Source: Bugula neritina
Taxonomy: Eukaryota > Animalia > Bryozoa
NCBI GenBank assembly: GCA_964035545.1
Contig: OZ037768.1
Span: 20,133,700 to 20,197,699, forward strand
Reading direction: 5' to 3'
DNA: 64,000 bases
In this document: positions 10,302 to 23,200 of the stretch, piece by piece
How positions within the stretch are numbered: the first letter of the stretch is position 1
How the letters are laid out: each line of letters begins with the position of its first letter
Notes under the pieces: generated by a model
What the model saw: the letters and a program-made list of their open reading frames with translations, nothing else
Told to the model about the DNA's origin: nothing
Database searches by the model: none
Translations under genes and position numbers: made by a program

Positions 10302-11812
10302 AGAGTGTAAGCTATAAATAAAAAAGCTAAGCTACCAGCTATGCTACAAGTTTCAGCCATGTCATTGTAATTAGGTCATAAATCCTGCTCTATATTAAAT
10401 CCAAGCCGCTGTACTAGATGTGTATTAAAATATTTTTATGACAAAAGCAAAAATTCTGTTTGCTCAATTTTATGTTATTGAAAAATAAAGTTCTCTAATT
10501 AGAAATGACATAATTAATTGATTATATATCAAATTAATGAGTGTATAATATATTGATTGAGTGCATTATATACTAATGTTAGTATAAAGCATGTATCATT
10601 AGCAATCATGTCATGTATTGATATTTCACTTACGAGATTGACATACAGTATGTACCCAATTGCTAGTCCATCATAATAAACTGTGTTGGAGTTATCATCA
10701 CACAGCTATAATACTTTTTGGAGTTGTCTAGCATATATGGTGAGAATACATGATAATAGTATTACATATTATTACACAGATTTATTTTTATCAGTAAAGC
10801 AACTCTCTCATATTCAATAAAATTCACAATCCATATTTAATAATTATAATAATTGCTTACAATGGGTAGTTAAAATAATTATTGAAAAAAGTTTCAACTA
10901 TCTTTAAAAGTTAAACCTGATAGAGTTGTCTCTACTTACATCAAGACCAACTTGCTTTTAAAACTTAAAACTTTACACTAACACTGATACTTTAATATAA
11001 TCATATGTTACAGAAGCTTGCTGGGCACATTTATTGGAGCTATAACATTGGTATAAAATGAAATTTACCTAACATGCATTAGTTGCATGTATTAGCTCAG
11101 TAGGCATACACCTTTCATCTGAATAGAGAATATAATAATATGTTTCTTATATAGTGGCTACTAGTATGACAAGTTGACATAGTTTAGGTTTCCAACAATC
11201 AGTTATAATATAGTTGAGGGAATAGCATGAGCTCATCCTTAGAAATCCTGTCTACTGTATAACACTTATGCTATGTACCGCTTAGGATACAAACTCCGGT
11301 AGGGAAAATAACAAAAAATAATTTCTCCTGAGCTATCTTAGATGCCCTCAGTACCTTAGCCCTGAGATTTGAGACTAAGTCTATGCATAATATAAACATC
11401 TTACACACTGAAATTCTATATATTATTGTATATTTATAACCATAACATATAACCATACAACCATATATTTGCAACCAACTTTTCTCTCTTTCTAACTCAG
11501 ATTTTGCATAAAATCGTCTTATAGTGATTAGTGTCTAGTGAACACTGAAATGTATATCTCTACTACTAATCATGGAAGCATATGACAATGTAATAGTCTT
11601 AGACTAGTTCTTTAAAGGAATCCACCAGCGTAAATTAGATAAAGTAGTAAACAAAAATTGTTTCTCATTTATTTATTTTTAATATATTATTATGATATCA
11701 CATGTTGCTTCTTACATAATAGTAGTAATATACAGTGTGTTATATTATATGTTAGATATCATAATAATATTACAACTAACATGATTAGTCAACTTTAGCA
11801 ATATCATATACA

Positions 11813-13600
11813 CAGGGATGTAGTGGCAAAAATATTCTTGGCCATACTCTCAGGCCGGGGGTCCAGGGGGCCGCCCAGGCCCCCGGCGGGGTCCGGGGCA
11901 GCGCCCCGGCCGCCGAAGCCCTCAGAGCGCTTCTGATGCGAATTTATGCAATTTAAAGCCATTGTGAATTCTAATTCTTCTGAAAAAAATCTGTGTTGAA
12001 ATGTGCACCTCACTATTATTTTCATACCATACCAGCTACATGACGACTGGGCATTGCTGCAAACTATATAAATATTCAGTATTGTCCCATACCTGTTGAC
12101 TGTAATTTTAAATGTAGTCTTACTCAATTGACACTAAGTCCAACCTGTACAGAAAAATTGCTGAAGATCTCAAAAAGATGGAAGGATAGAGACAGGTAAC
12201 AAGTGCTCTCCAAATGTAACCTGATTACTTCAAATATCTAATACACTGACGTGCACAGAAAAAAAATTATAGAACAGAACAGAGGAAGATTGCAAATTAG
12301 AAAATGTGTGTTGGTTATTTATAAAGAGCAATTTGAATTGATAACTCATTGGCAAGCAGAAATTGGTTGAAAACCTAGTTGGAGTTTATTAGAGTATACT
12401 AGTCTAATCCATAAGGAGATACCACCGCACCTCCTTGCACACAATAAAGCACACCAAAGAAGAGTATGTTAACTTGGTTTTAAAGTAAAACCCCTGAGCT
12501 TCCACTAGACACATCAAGGAAATATACCCCAAAAGAACAAATTTGACAGGTTCAATATGTGTTAACCTAGAAGATGATTAAATGTAAAGCCAGACGTTAG
12601 TACAATCAAACATAAAAGGTTACTTATGGTGGTGTACAGTTTGCAAAACCTCATTGCATTGATAATTAACATGGAATAACGCAACCAAAATGTGGATATA
12701 GTACCTGTAGACCTCGGTGATAAATTTTCATTAACCTCTCCTACACACCTGGTACTGTTTCCTGAAGACATTTTGATTTTATTTCTGGATTTCATGTTGG
12801 TTTTTTTTCCAAATTTCATTGCTTATTGACAAAATGCAAGTCCACACAAGATAAATAATGGCAACTTTCTAGCTGACACTGCCTTGCTGAGGCCACATTA
12901 TTGGTATATTATAAGAATTTAGTCCCGCCAAATAAAACCATACTTAATTGTGCTAGAGTTAAAATTTAAAAACTATGTTTTAGATCTTCCTGTTCCTCAG
13001 AGCACCTGATTTTTCGAATTTTCAATATTTTTTTTGCAAGGTTATAGACAAAAATCTACTATTTTGGCCAATTTTACCTGAAAAGTTTATTTTTCAATCC
13101 CTGCCAAATATCTCAGCAGGAAAGCATAGTATTCGAATAAAACAAACACTGTCGAAAACCTGAGAAATTTATGCATAACAACCTTTTTTATCTTTTCAAT
13201 AGCCTTCATAGATTTTCTAAAAATTAGTGATTTATACACTGAAAATGAAATATTTTTTCCTTAGTAATCACTAATGCGCAGCACTTCGCGCTTCAGTGAA
13301 TACGTAGAGATGAGAAGATGGAATGTTGATAGCTGCTTATTATTCATAGTGTAATCTCAGGCTAAACAATCACAAGTAGGCAACACGCATGTCACCCACA
13401 TAGCATTAACATAACAAGAACTTAAACTAGATTGTGAGCGAAATTTATGATGTTCTCAGTGAGGATGCCCTAACTATCCTGTGCACTAATCAGTAACACT
13501 TTCAAAAAATATATGCCCATACGGGCGTATGGCCAAGAACAGCCTATTTTCTTCTAGGCCATACGGCGTATGGGACCGTATGGGTACCACTACATCCCTG
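11813..13600. mobile_element. Non-autonomous hAT-superfamily DNA transposon (1788 bp)
   Basis: Perfect 14-bp TIRs CAGGGATGTAGTGG / CCACTACATCCCTG; 8-bp TSD CATATACA (11805-11812, 13601-13608); subterminal CCATAC/GTATGG repeats; no transposase ORF. Confidence 0.92.
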
Positions 13601-13926
13601 CATATACATTATACAGACAAATCCGGTTTAATCATCCTCCAACTTTCTATTGAATGAACGTAGGCCTTTGATTACAGCATAGTTTAGTGGTCATTACATT
13701 ATAATCATCATCTCTTCCTGCATGATTGTATCAGCTGCTACAATAGTCTCAGTACCATGCTTATCAGTTTCAGTTTGTACGAAGAGCGTGCTTAGTACCC
13801 CAACCATTGTTAACATCAGTGGAGCGTTAAGCAAGGGGGCGTATGACCTGTCACCGAGGTTGTTGGCATATAATATTCACTAGTTCACTGCAGGCCTTCG
13901 AACACTCAACTTGTATTCAGTAAAAC

Positions 13927-16900
13927 ATGGCTACTATGGATAGAGATGCTATTCGTATGGCGTATGACGATGTTAGGAACGACCACACAGACACTATGTG
14001 GTAAGTGACATGTTAGCTGTGACCCTGGGTGTTTCTAAAACAGGTGCTCACAGGTGACTCATGACATGTGACAGACAAACTAATGACAGGAAACTTGTTA
14101 GTATTTCCATGTAAATCTCACAAAATATTACAGACAAATCGAATTTGGAAGTCAGAAAGTGTGTGTGAATCTGTGTTAATTCTTACTGTGTCACTGTGGA
14201 GCTGCAAAGAGCTGATAAAATTGAACCTGATGCGTAGTTTATATGATTAGATGCTACTTCCTGTTTGTGTAGCCTACGTTCTTAACGTTGAGCTGTCGTA
14301 AGAGATTTTCAGTTTCTAGTAACTCGAAATGAAGAAGTGAGGCAAGAACTGTACGACTTGTAACATTTTTAGTTTCAACTCACTGCCTCGCTGCTTTTTC
14401 ATGACTCCAACTTGATAATTGCGGTTAAACTTAGAGCTAACGTCTGCTTAGGAAAGAATCAGCTGTACAAATGGAAGGCGGTCACTTTATGAAACATTCA
14501 AACTAGAATTTAATGAAAAGTTGTAAGTCTCTGGTTATATAAACAGGTTGCATGGAAAGTAAGTCTCAGATGCTTTTACTGTTCTTACTCTACTTCCAGG
14601 TCAACTTTCAAATACGAAGGAAAACAAATAGTCCATGAAGAATCAGGCATTGACTTTGATGAGTTCTCTAGTAAATTCTCCCGTAAGAACACTAAATTCA
14701 CTTGTACTATATGAAACATATGCAGTTTCTAGGGTTAAGATTCAGTTATTTTGTCTAACTTAGCCATGACTCATAAAGCAGTTAAACTACTATAACACTA
14801 GTTCTAGCAATAGTACAGTCAGCTGATACTGTCAACTTAGTACTATGTAGTAGAAGAACTGGGTCAAAGTTACAGTGAGTCAAGTCACAATCCAGACCAA
14901 GTCAATTTGAATTGACTTACAAGTTTGTAACCAAGTGGATATCTATAATGCCTATTTAAGAGATTAGTAAAAATTTTGTGATTAGTTTCATGCATTTAAT
15001 AGCCTATTGAGAAAAGAATAATTTTGTAGCTTTTTATCTATGGTCATTTGAAACTAATATTTAGCTATATTAGAAAAGTATAATTGAAACTAAAATAACT
15101 GTTGTAATAATGGCTAAATAGCCATTAAATCTTAATTAAAATTGTAGGTTGTTGCTGGAATTTTTATTAAAGAACTATCACTTCATAGTAATTTGTTAAG
15201 CACAGCTAAAAATTGCCATATGCTCTAAAAACTAAAACAAAGGCAGTTTAGTAATTTGATTTCCCCAGTAATATGGACCTCATAATCATTGATTTTCACA
15301 TACTAGCGTCTGTATGTAAATTATATAGCCCTGTTCACAGAGTTGAGTAGATGCCAGCAAGCATATTTTTTGTACCATCATAAATATCTATGAGTTGATT
15401 CAGTTTCTATCACTGGAGATGCTTTGATACCCGAGGAGTATAGAAGGCTGTGGGTTGGTGTGGCCAACATAGTTATCTAATCTATCCAATACCATGCCCC
15501 TTTATCTAACAAGAAAACTGATCAGTGCTGTTTATTAGCCTTTATGGCAGTCAATTTAAGCACTAGCTCAGTTTATATAAGAATGAAAACTGAGATAAAA
15601 GACAGATTGCTAGGCAGCTATTCAGACTCCCATTTATGGTGTACCATGCTCTAGATATGAAATTGAACATTGCCATTTAGTAAAGAAGATTTAAGTATAT
15701 GCTTGATTACAAATATTAGTAAAATGGATTATGGGAAACCGTGTTGTATGGTCATACCTTATATAAATCACTTGAAACATTTGAACTTGCTAAGTTGATA
15801 TGGAAGACAACTTCATATATTAGCCATAGAGCTACTGATCTTAAATGATGACATAATTAGAAAATAAGGGACAGGGTGATTTGGCAGCTAAAAACATAAA
15901 TTCTCATGCAAAATAGAACACTGGTTAGATTCCTGGCCATATGATGGTGTCAGGAAAAGTTAGAGTCATTTTCAACTGTTAAATAATTTACTCTGGTTGA
16001 CCAGCCTAGCTAACAGCTTGAATAGAAACTGAGAGAGGGAGATGACACACTCCTTAAAATAGCCAACCACTATTATGTTGCAGTAATACTATACACTCAA
16101 GTGTGTGAGTAATAAAGTGTCAAATATAAAGGAACACTGTACAAGATAACATTATATGAAAACAATGGATTCAATGGGTATTACAGAGTCCTGCTTAACA
16201 CTATACTGACAATACTTGCATCTCACTATATTGTTCTATTACAAATGACTCACAGATGATTATGCCTTCTAATTGAGTTGATATTGGTAATACTGAAGAC
16301 ATCATATTAAATTACTGCTCCAGTGTTGGTGTTTTAGCATTTTAGAACTTTTACTTTCGTATATTTTTTGACCTATCAAAAGTGTTCACTCAACCCTAAA
16401 AGAAGCTTTATATACCAAGAGTCCGTACGACATAATACACCAGTAACGCCAATTATGGGTGCCAGAAAAACCATCCCAGCTGTCACAGAACTGTAACCAA
16501 TATAGATAAGCATACCAAGAGCTACTGTGAATTTCTCTGTAGAACTCTGTAGAACTCTGTAGAACTCTGTAGAACTCTGTAGAACTCTGTAGAACTCTGT
16601 AGAACTCTGTAGAACTCTGTAGAACTCTGTAGAACTGTGAGACTTTACAGAAAGTATATCGGCAAATATCCTTTATAAATTGAGATTCATCATAAAAGAG
16701 GACATTTGATTAAATTGTATCAACATGAAATGAGCACAGATAGGTTTTAAATATAAAATAATTTGAAAGAACAGATATTTGTTTTAATAGGTGACAGATA
16801 GCCAGTAACTTGAAAAGTAGGGTCTACTAATCGTTAACTAGTTTATTCATGTACAGAGTGGATTTTTGAGTGTGATTGACACAATCTTTCTGTAATAACA

Positions 16901-18974
16901 TATTAAGTTGATTCACTGTAAAAGAGGCCGTCTTACAAGTTATCAATTTCTTCAATGTAGCCGACGTATCTGATTAGATAGGTTATGTAATAATTGTATG
17001 CATAATTATCTTATATTTGGTAAAATATTGAGTTTTGTGAGTAGGGTTGTCTAACCTTAAAATCGAAAGCTAGGACAATAAAGTGAATATCAGCTCGATG
17101 TGAAATTGTCTTATTTTGTAAACGAAACGATTGGAATACAGTATCGGATAGAAAACTCTCTTGACGATTGTACTAATTATAAACCTTGATCTCTACAGCT
17201 GAAGACAGAGGGTTTGGATACTTGCGAGTCACGACAGGTGATGAGATGTCAAAGAGAGCTAAATTTGTATTTGTTAGCTGGTGTGGCAATGAAGTGGGTG
17301 GCCTGAAGAGGGCCAAGCTGGGCACTGACAAGTCTTCACTCAAACAAGTGCTACAGGTGAGATTGTTATTCGTACTCTGAACCACATGCTTTGGCCTGGC
17401 ACTGAGGCTTTTATAAGATATGGCGAGACATCTCTCTTTTAGTGCTAGTGGCAATAGTGAAGAAATTGAGATAGCCTAAGTTCTTTACCTTTTAATTAAT
17501 TTTGGTTTGAGACACGACTTCAAATTGTCACAAAAACACAACTTCTTTTGCAAGTTTTTAATCTAGAACACGGGCTTTTCTCAATGTCTCCTTAACTGCA
17601 CCTACAACTTCAGTGGGGCCACTAGCGATAAACTTGTGCTGTGTAATCTTATTTTATTGAAGTAGTAAAATCAAATATATACAGGTTAAACTTATATTAT
17701 GAAGATGGCTAAGCTATGCATAACCATCACTATTGTACTGCTGTTTACCAACTGTGTTTGAGCTATAATTTACTCTATTCGTTAGATAATATATTACAAT
17801 GACAATGTGTATAAGATTCTATGCTGCTCTATAATAAAATTAGAAATATTTCTTGAGTAGTTTGGTTTATATATGTTGCCAAAACTGCTGTGTCTTTGAA
17901 TTCTCTTTGATTGAGAGGAATAGTGTTTAGAGTGAATAATGAGGGTTAAACAGCTGTTTGTTGCATATTATTGATTGCCAAAATCTTAACAAGAAGTGTT
18001 AAAGTGGTTTGAAAGTTAGCCAAGTGACATTTCACCAAAATGGCTGAAGTTATGTCACAATTAGAAAGCTAACAACCAATACTATTTGTTTCGCGTTTCT
18101 CACTTGTTGACAATGAAAGTTGTGTCCTCTACACTTGCATAATGATGTAAAGAGTTGTACATTTTCTTAAGTAAAGATTACCCATATTTCGACATTTCTG
18201 TTTTTAAGACTGGTGCCATATAAAACTATAGATGTTTTATCTTCAAAAACAACAGAGTTATTTTTAAAACCTGCATAATTTTTTTGGTTGAGCTGCGTTA
18301 AATAGTGTATTGTTGGGTGCAAATAATATGCAAATTTCTTACAAGACTCCCTATAAGAACATTTTAACAAGTACTGTGCAAGATTCCTCTATTACTACTC
18401 AATGCACAATTAACTAATTTACCAGCAAGAAAATGCCCATGCTAAAAGCTCTACCATCTCAATGTCTTTTTTCATTGCAACTCTACTTTTGTATCAATAG
18501 TTTCAACATGCTGTCTTTCTAGATGAAGTGTGCCAATGCAGACAGGCCTTGATAGTATAATTTAGGTTCTGGTCTTGTCCTGGAATAGAGTTACACTTTT
18601 TATCTTATCTTTCAGTTTTAGAGTTGTCTACTCTTATTCTTAAATTTACCAGTTACCTTTAGTCCCAAGTGTTTGTAAAGTCTCACTGCTATGCATGAAT
18701 GATCGATGGATGACTAAAAACATTCCAAAGTATATTTTGACTCATCAATAATATTATATTTCTTAATAGAATATTATTATCTTTTTTTAGATCTATGTTA
18801 AAGCAATGGCAACATATTTCTGAATAAAATATTATTTTGCTGACAAATTTATTTTACTTACAGAGTTTTGCCATAGAGTTGCAGCTGTCAGAGAAATCAG
18901 AGCTAGACTATGAATCCATAGCAAATGAAGCCAGAAAAGCGGGTGGTGCCAATTATGGAACAGGACAGCGATAA
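13927..18974 (+). CDS. COTL1: Coactosin-like protein (ADF-H actin-binding), 4 exons, 141 aa
   Basis: Exons 13927-14000, 14600-14682, 17199-17356, 18864-18974 (426 nt, all GT-AG, phase-consistent): MATMDRDAIRMAYDDVRNDHTDTMWSTFKYEG...TTGDEMSKRAKFVFVSWCG...KRAKLGTDK...SFAIE...RKAGGANYGTGQR. Confidence 0.95.
16535..16636. repeat. Perfect 10-bp tandem repeat (CTCTGTAGAA) x10, intronic
   Basis: Directly visible. Confidence 0.97.
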
Positions 18975-19432
18975 CCAGGCACACCCTACAGTTTAGGTTC
19001 TTTTTTATATAACATGGCATGTATTTTTATCAGAAATGGTGATTTAACAGTATAAATGTTGAAACATTTAAATTTTATAACTACAATAGTGTTGCGTATT
19101 TTTATATATCACAATAGCGCCATAGATTTAAGCAAAATAGTTTAGAAAGAAATCATTATCATTTTTAGTGTTATTTATATAAAAAAAAACAAAAACAACT
19201 ACATGTAAGGCCAAAATGGTTTTAGTATTTCATAATTAAGTGAGCAGATGTTTGGAGAAAATATATTTACAAGTCTTTTTGTTTTATTACATGGATTACT
19301 AGGGCAATTCAGAAGGAATGTTATATGATGAAAATTCCTATATTTTATGTAATAAATGTTCTTGTTACACAATCTCTGGTGCACTAACTGACTTAAGCTA
19401 ACTGATTATCACTCAAAGAGCAGGACTATCAA

Positions 19433-19579
19433 ATTGTTCTATAAGCAGCTCGGAGTTGAGGGTGAATGAGTGCAGTAGTTTGGGGTTTTAGTTTGGAGTT
19501 ATGTTCCCGATCTCTAAACTTGAGAACCCAAAATTAATGCACTCAGTCACCCTCAACTCAGAGCTGCTTATAGAACAAT
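19433..19579. mobile_element. MITE / foldback element, copy 1
   Basis: About 40-bp TIRs ATTGTTCTATAAGCAGCTC.GAGTTGAGGGTGA.TGAGTGCA with reverse complement at 19538-19579; related copy at 23702. Confidence 0.85.
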
Positions 19580-20212
19580 CTATAACTATTATAGGTGACA
19601 GTTGAGAAGACGACCTCGATATAATCTAGCATTTTTATAAAAATCAACTCCGTGCTAGTTTTGTCTTTAAGTATGTATTTTACTTGACATTGTAGGCTAT
19701 AGAACAAGCTATTATAACATAATTACTATTTTAGTGTATTTTGCTGAATCACACATTATACAAAACAGTAATACATAAACTTCATAACATAAAATCTATT
19801 GATTATATATAAATAAATATATACAAGAACATATCATAGCCATACTGTATTTAGTGATATAGCAATAGCAACAAAATAATATAAAAGTATACTTTCTACA
19901 TAAAAATATTGTTGTGTAATAATTAAATAACATATCACAAAAAACCATTTGCGTCAGCTAATTTCATACAAGGCACAATATTAATGATTGTCATGAATTC
20001 ATTTATACATTTTGATAATCATAAAACAAGACTTGTATACCAAGTATAGATAAAAAAAACCTCATGGCTTGCAAATTGTAATAAGTTAACAGAAATAAAC
20101 TGCATGTGTAAAAGTTGTAACAACAAAAATAATATGATTCTTTTAATTGAATAAAATAAGACAAAATGAATTTAAGCAATATAACATTCTAGCTAAAATA
20201 TCTAAATAAGAT

Positions 20213-23200
20213 TCACAACTGAGTCTGATTAGCCATTTGCAATGGAGAAGCTGGCTTGGGAAAGAGATGAAATAGCTGATTGGGTACTGATATGTTGTGG
20301 TCTAGGATAGCTTGCTGTAGCCTTGAGATCATGTGTTTACACAGAGAGTCTAGTGGGTCCATCAGGTTCACCACCCGTGAATACAAGTGAGGAAGATTCT
20401 GAGCATCAGGGTTATAAGTACAATGGTCTCTCAACGAGTCTATCACTTTTGATTCCGCTGAGCTTATTTTGTGTGTTCCTTTCAAACCATTTCTTTCTGT
20501 AAGTTGAAACAGATTTTAATATTATTATACGACATAATTGTAAATAATTAACCATGCCAATATTATTATACAATATACAATATTATACAATATACAGTTA
20601 TACAATATATGCCAATATTATTGTACATATTTTTTTAAAAATTTGTTTGTAATATTATATTTGTTAAGTTAGATAATGTCAGGTTGTATAGTCAGTGTAT
20701 TAAATTGATGAAAAAAGTGTAATAAGGCTTAGAGGATTGTGTTCAATATGCTAAAAAAATTAGAAAAGCAAAAGTCAAATTATAAGCAAAGACATTAACA
20801 TTCTTTTGTCCCAACATTAAGGAGTGTAGAGCAAATTAGCAGTAGTAGAAATATGTTGCCTCGGGCTATTATTAAAATGATTTAATCTCACAGCATGGCA
20901 CACGACAGGCAGGAGCAAGATCTAGCAGGTGCTTTTATGAGCCTTATCATCAGGCATATACACAATAGACACTATTAACTGTAATAATTGAAGAAAGCAA
21001 AGTTTAGCAACAAAGTGTGCATGTGTTCCCATTTGGCATATTGAATTAAATCAAATTATGTGGAAGGCAAACAGATAAATTAACTTCACAAACACAGCAT
21101 ATTAATAATATATTTTAGGAATTGAATGACACCACTGCTGTGTGACAATATTGTACCACCAGATAATTAGTAGGCAATTATCATATATTCTTTTAACTTT
21201 TCTCTTACAAGTCAGCGTGCATGCAAAAGTCAGCAGGCTAAAGTCAAGCAGCAGCAATTTTGAGTGTAATTGGTAAATTAACCACTAAATAAAGCAATTA
21301 TTTAATGTCTGGTGCTGTGTATAAGACCAATATACTATTGCAGAAAGTGAAAGACTAAAATGTAATTTATTTCAGCACCAACTGTTATCTGAAATTTGTT
21401 TTGCAAAAAATGTTGCAAAAAATTACTTATTTTTAAATGATTATTACCAATAAATTTTAATGCTTTTTTAATTATAGTATATATTAATTCACACACCACA
21501 AACTGCCCAACACTAAAAGCTAGCACTCTTCTCAAAAAGTCGCTCCAACTACCCGAGCAGGACAAAGCAGAGATAGGTGAGAATTCTTGAAAAGTTGTTT
21601 TCAGAAAGCCTGATGTAAAGTTATTGCAGTATATGATAGAAGACATACCATTCAGTACACTAAGAATCAGCATACATGAGAGAGATGGCAGGTCTATTTC
21701 GCTTCTTTGTAAGTCAATTGCAAAGTCAGCAATGCTGTTTAAAATATCTCCCATAATGCCTTGCAACTGTGATCTGTGGTATGATGTTCCGTTTGGCAAT
21801 TTTACTATATCCACGGCTACGTCTATCCTATAATAAATATTCATACATCTATTCTATTCTCACCTATTCTATATAATAAAATATCTATACATCTATCTTA
21901 TAATAAAATATGTATGCACATTTTCTATTATGTAATAAAATTCTGACAGCTACATCTTCCTTATATAAAATGAAGATACTATTTCAGACTAATAACAGAC
22001 ATTCAAAATGCAACAAATAAAACGGGTAACCATTATTATGTATGTTTTAATTTAGTGCATGTTATAGCATTGTTTTAGAAGAAAAGAAATGCACTAAAAG
22101 CAATTAATAACGTTTGCCTGTATGTAAATACAATGATGATTTGCAAATTATGAATGTTTTACTTTCTTCCATACCTAATGTATAAGAGAAAAATATGAAA
22201 TTATTATGACTTACCTTTGTGCATATCTTAGCAGAAAGAAGTGAAATGAGCGTAGCTGGGATATCCTTTCTTTGTCATCTGAGTAAATCTCGGAGAAGGC
22301 GCCATTGCCTCTGCTGAAAAAGACTTTGATGACGCTGACCGTCTTCACCAGCTCGGCCAGCAGCTCTTTTATCATTTCCTTCTCCTTGCTGTAATCTCCG
22401 ACCTGCAAACATTAATCTAGAATTAGAATATAGACTTAAGGCTATTAAATCTACCATTATTATATAGTAAAAAACACGGTGTAGCATTTTTATTGAGTAG
22501 ATGTAAAGGAATTTAAAATAATTAAAAGTTTGAAATTTTCCAATGAACATTTTGACTAGAGGAATGTTTGCTGAAGTCAACTACAGTGTCATTTCTATTT
22601 GCTATTGTTTTTCTGACTTATCTGATTGTGTTAAACCTAGTGGCATACAGTAGAGAGATTATGCTGTTGGAAGCTGCAAATTAGGTGATTGACTTTCAGA
22701 GAAATTGCCTCAGGCTGTAGCAAATCCCAATTGTTGTGGCATTAGTTTGGTTTGATTGACACCATACTTTGTTTTGTAATTTCTTGAATAGTGAATCTAT
22801 CTGTTTTCAGATTGATAATATGTAAACTGGGTCAAACATGGCTATTTATCAACTTAAATGTTTTTGTATAATTTAACTTTCATTTTAACTGTCATATTTT
22901 TTAGATAAGATATAATAAACTCGCACTAAGTGAGTTGGAGTAAAGCAAGACACAGTTGTGAATGTTATAAATAGCTAATTACTGCATCAGCAAAGCATCT
23001 GCCGATTGTTGCAACAAGTTTTCAGGTGAAACATCAACTCAATGAGTGATTTGGCGTATGCTAGCCTATTTCTGAGCTGCTTGCATTAAACATTTTTTAC
23101 CGGGTATGATTAGTGAAAGCGCATTAGTCCATCAAATCAGATATTTCAAGGCTCTAGGAAATGTATAATTAGCCTAGTTATTCTTAAATTATAATGAAGA

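Noticed and set aside
11804-12819. ORFs inside the hAT element as transposase
   Set aside because: Short, no recognisable BED finger, DDE or dimerisation motifs.
16535-16636. CRISPR-like array (also 42092-42320 and 43780-43960)
   Set aside because: Head-to-tail repeats with no unique spacers, in eukaryotic introns, no cas genes.
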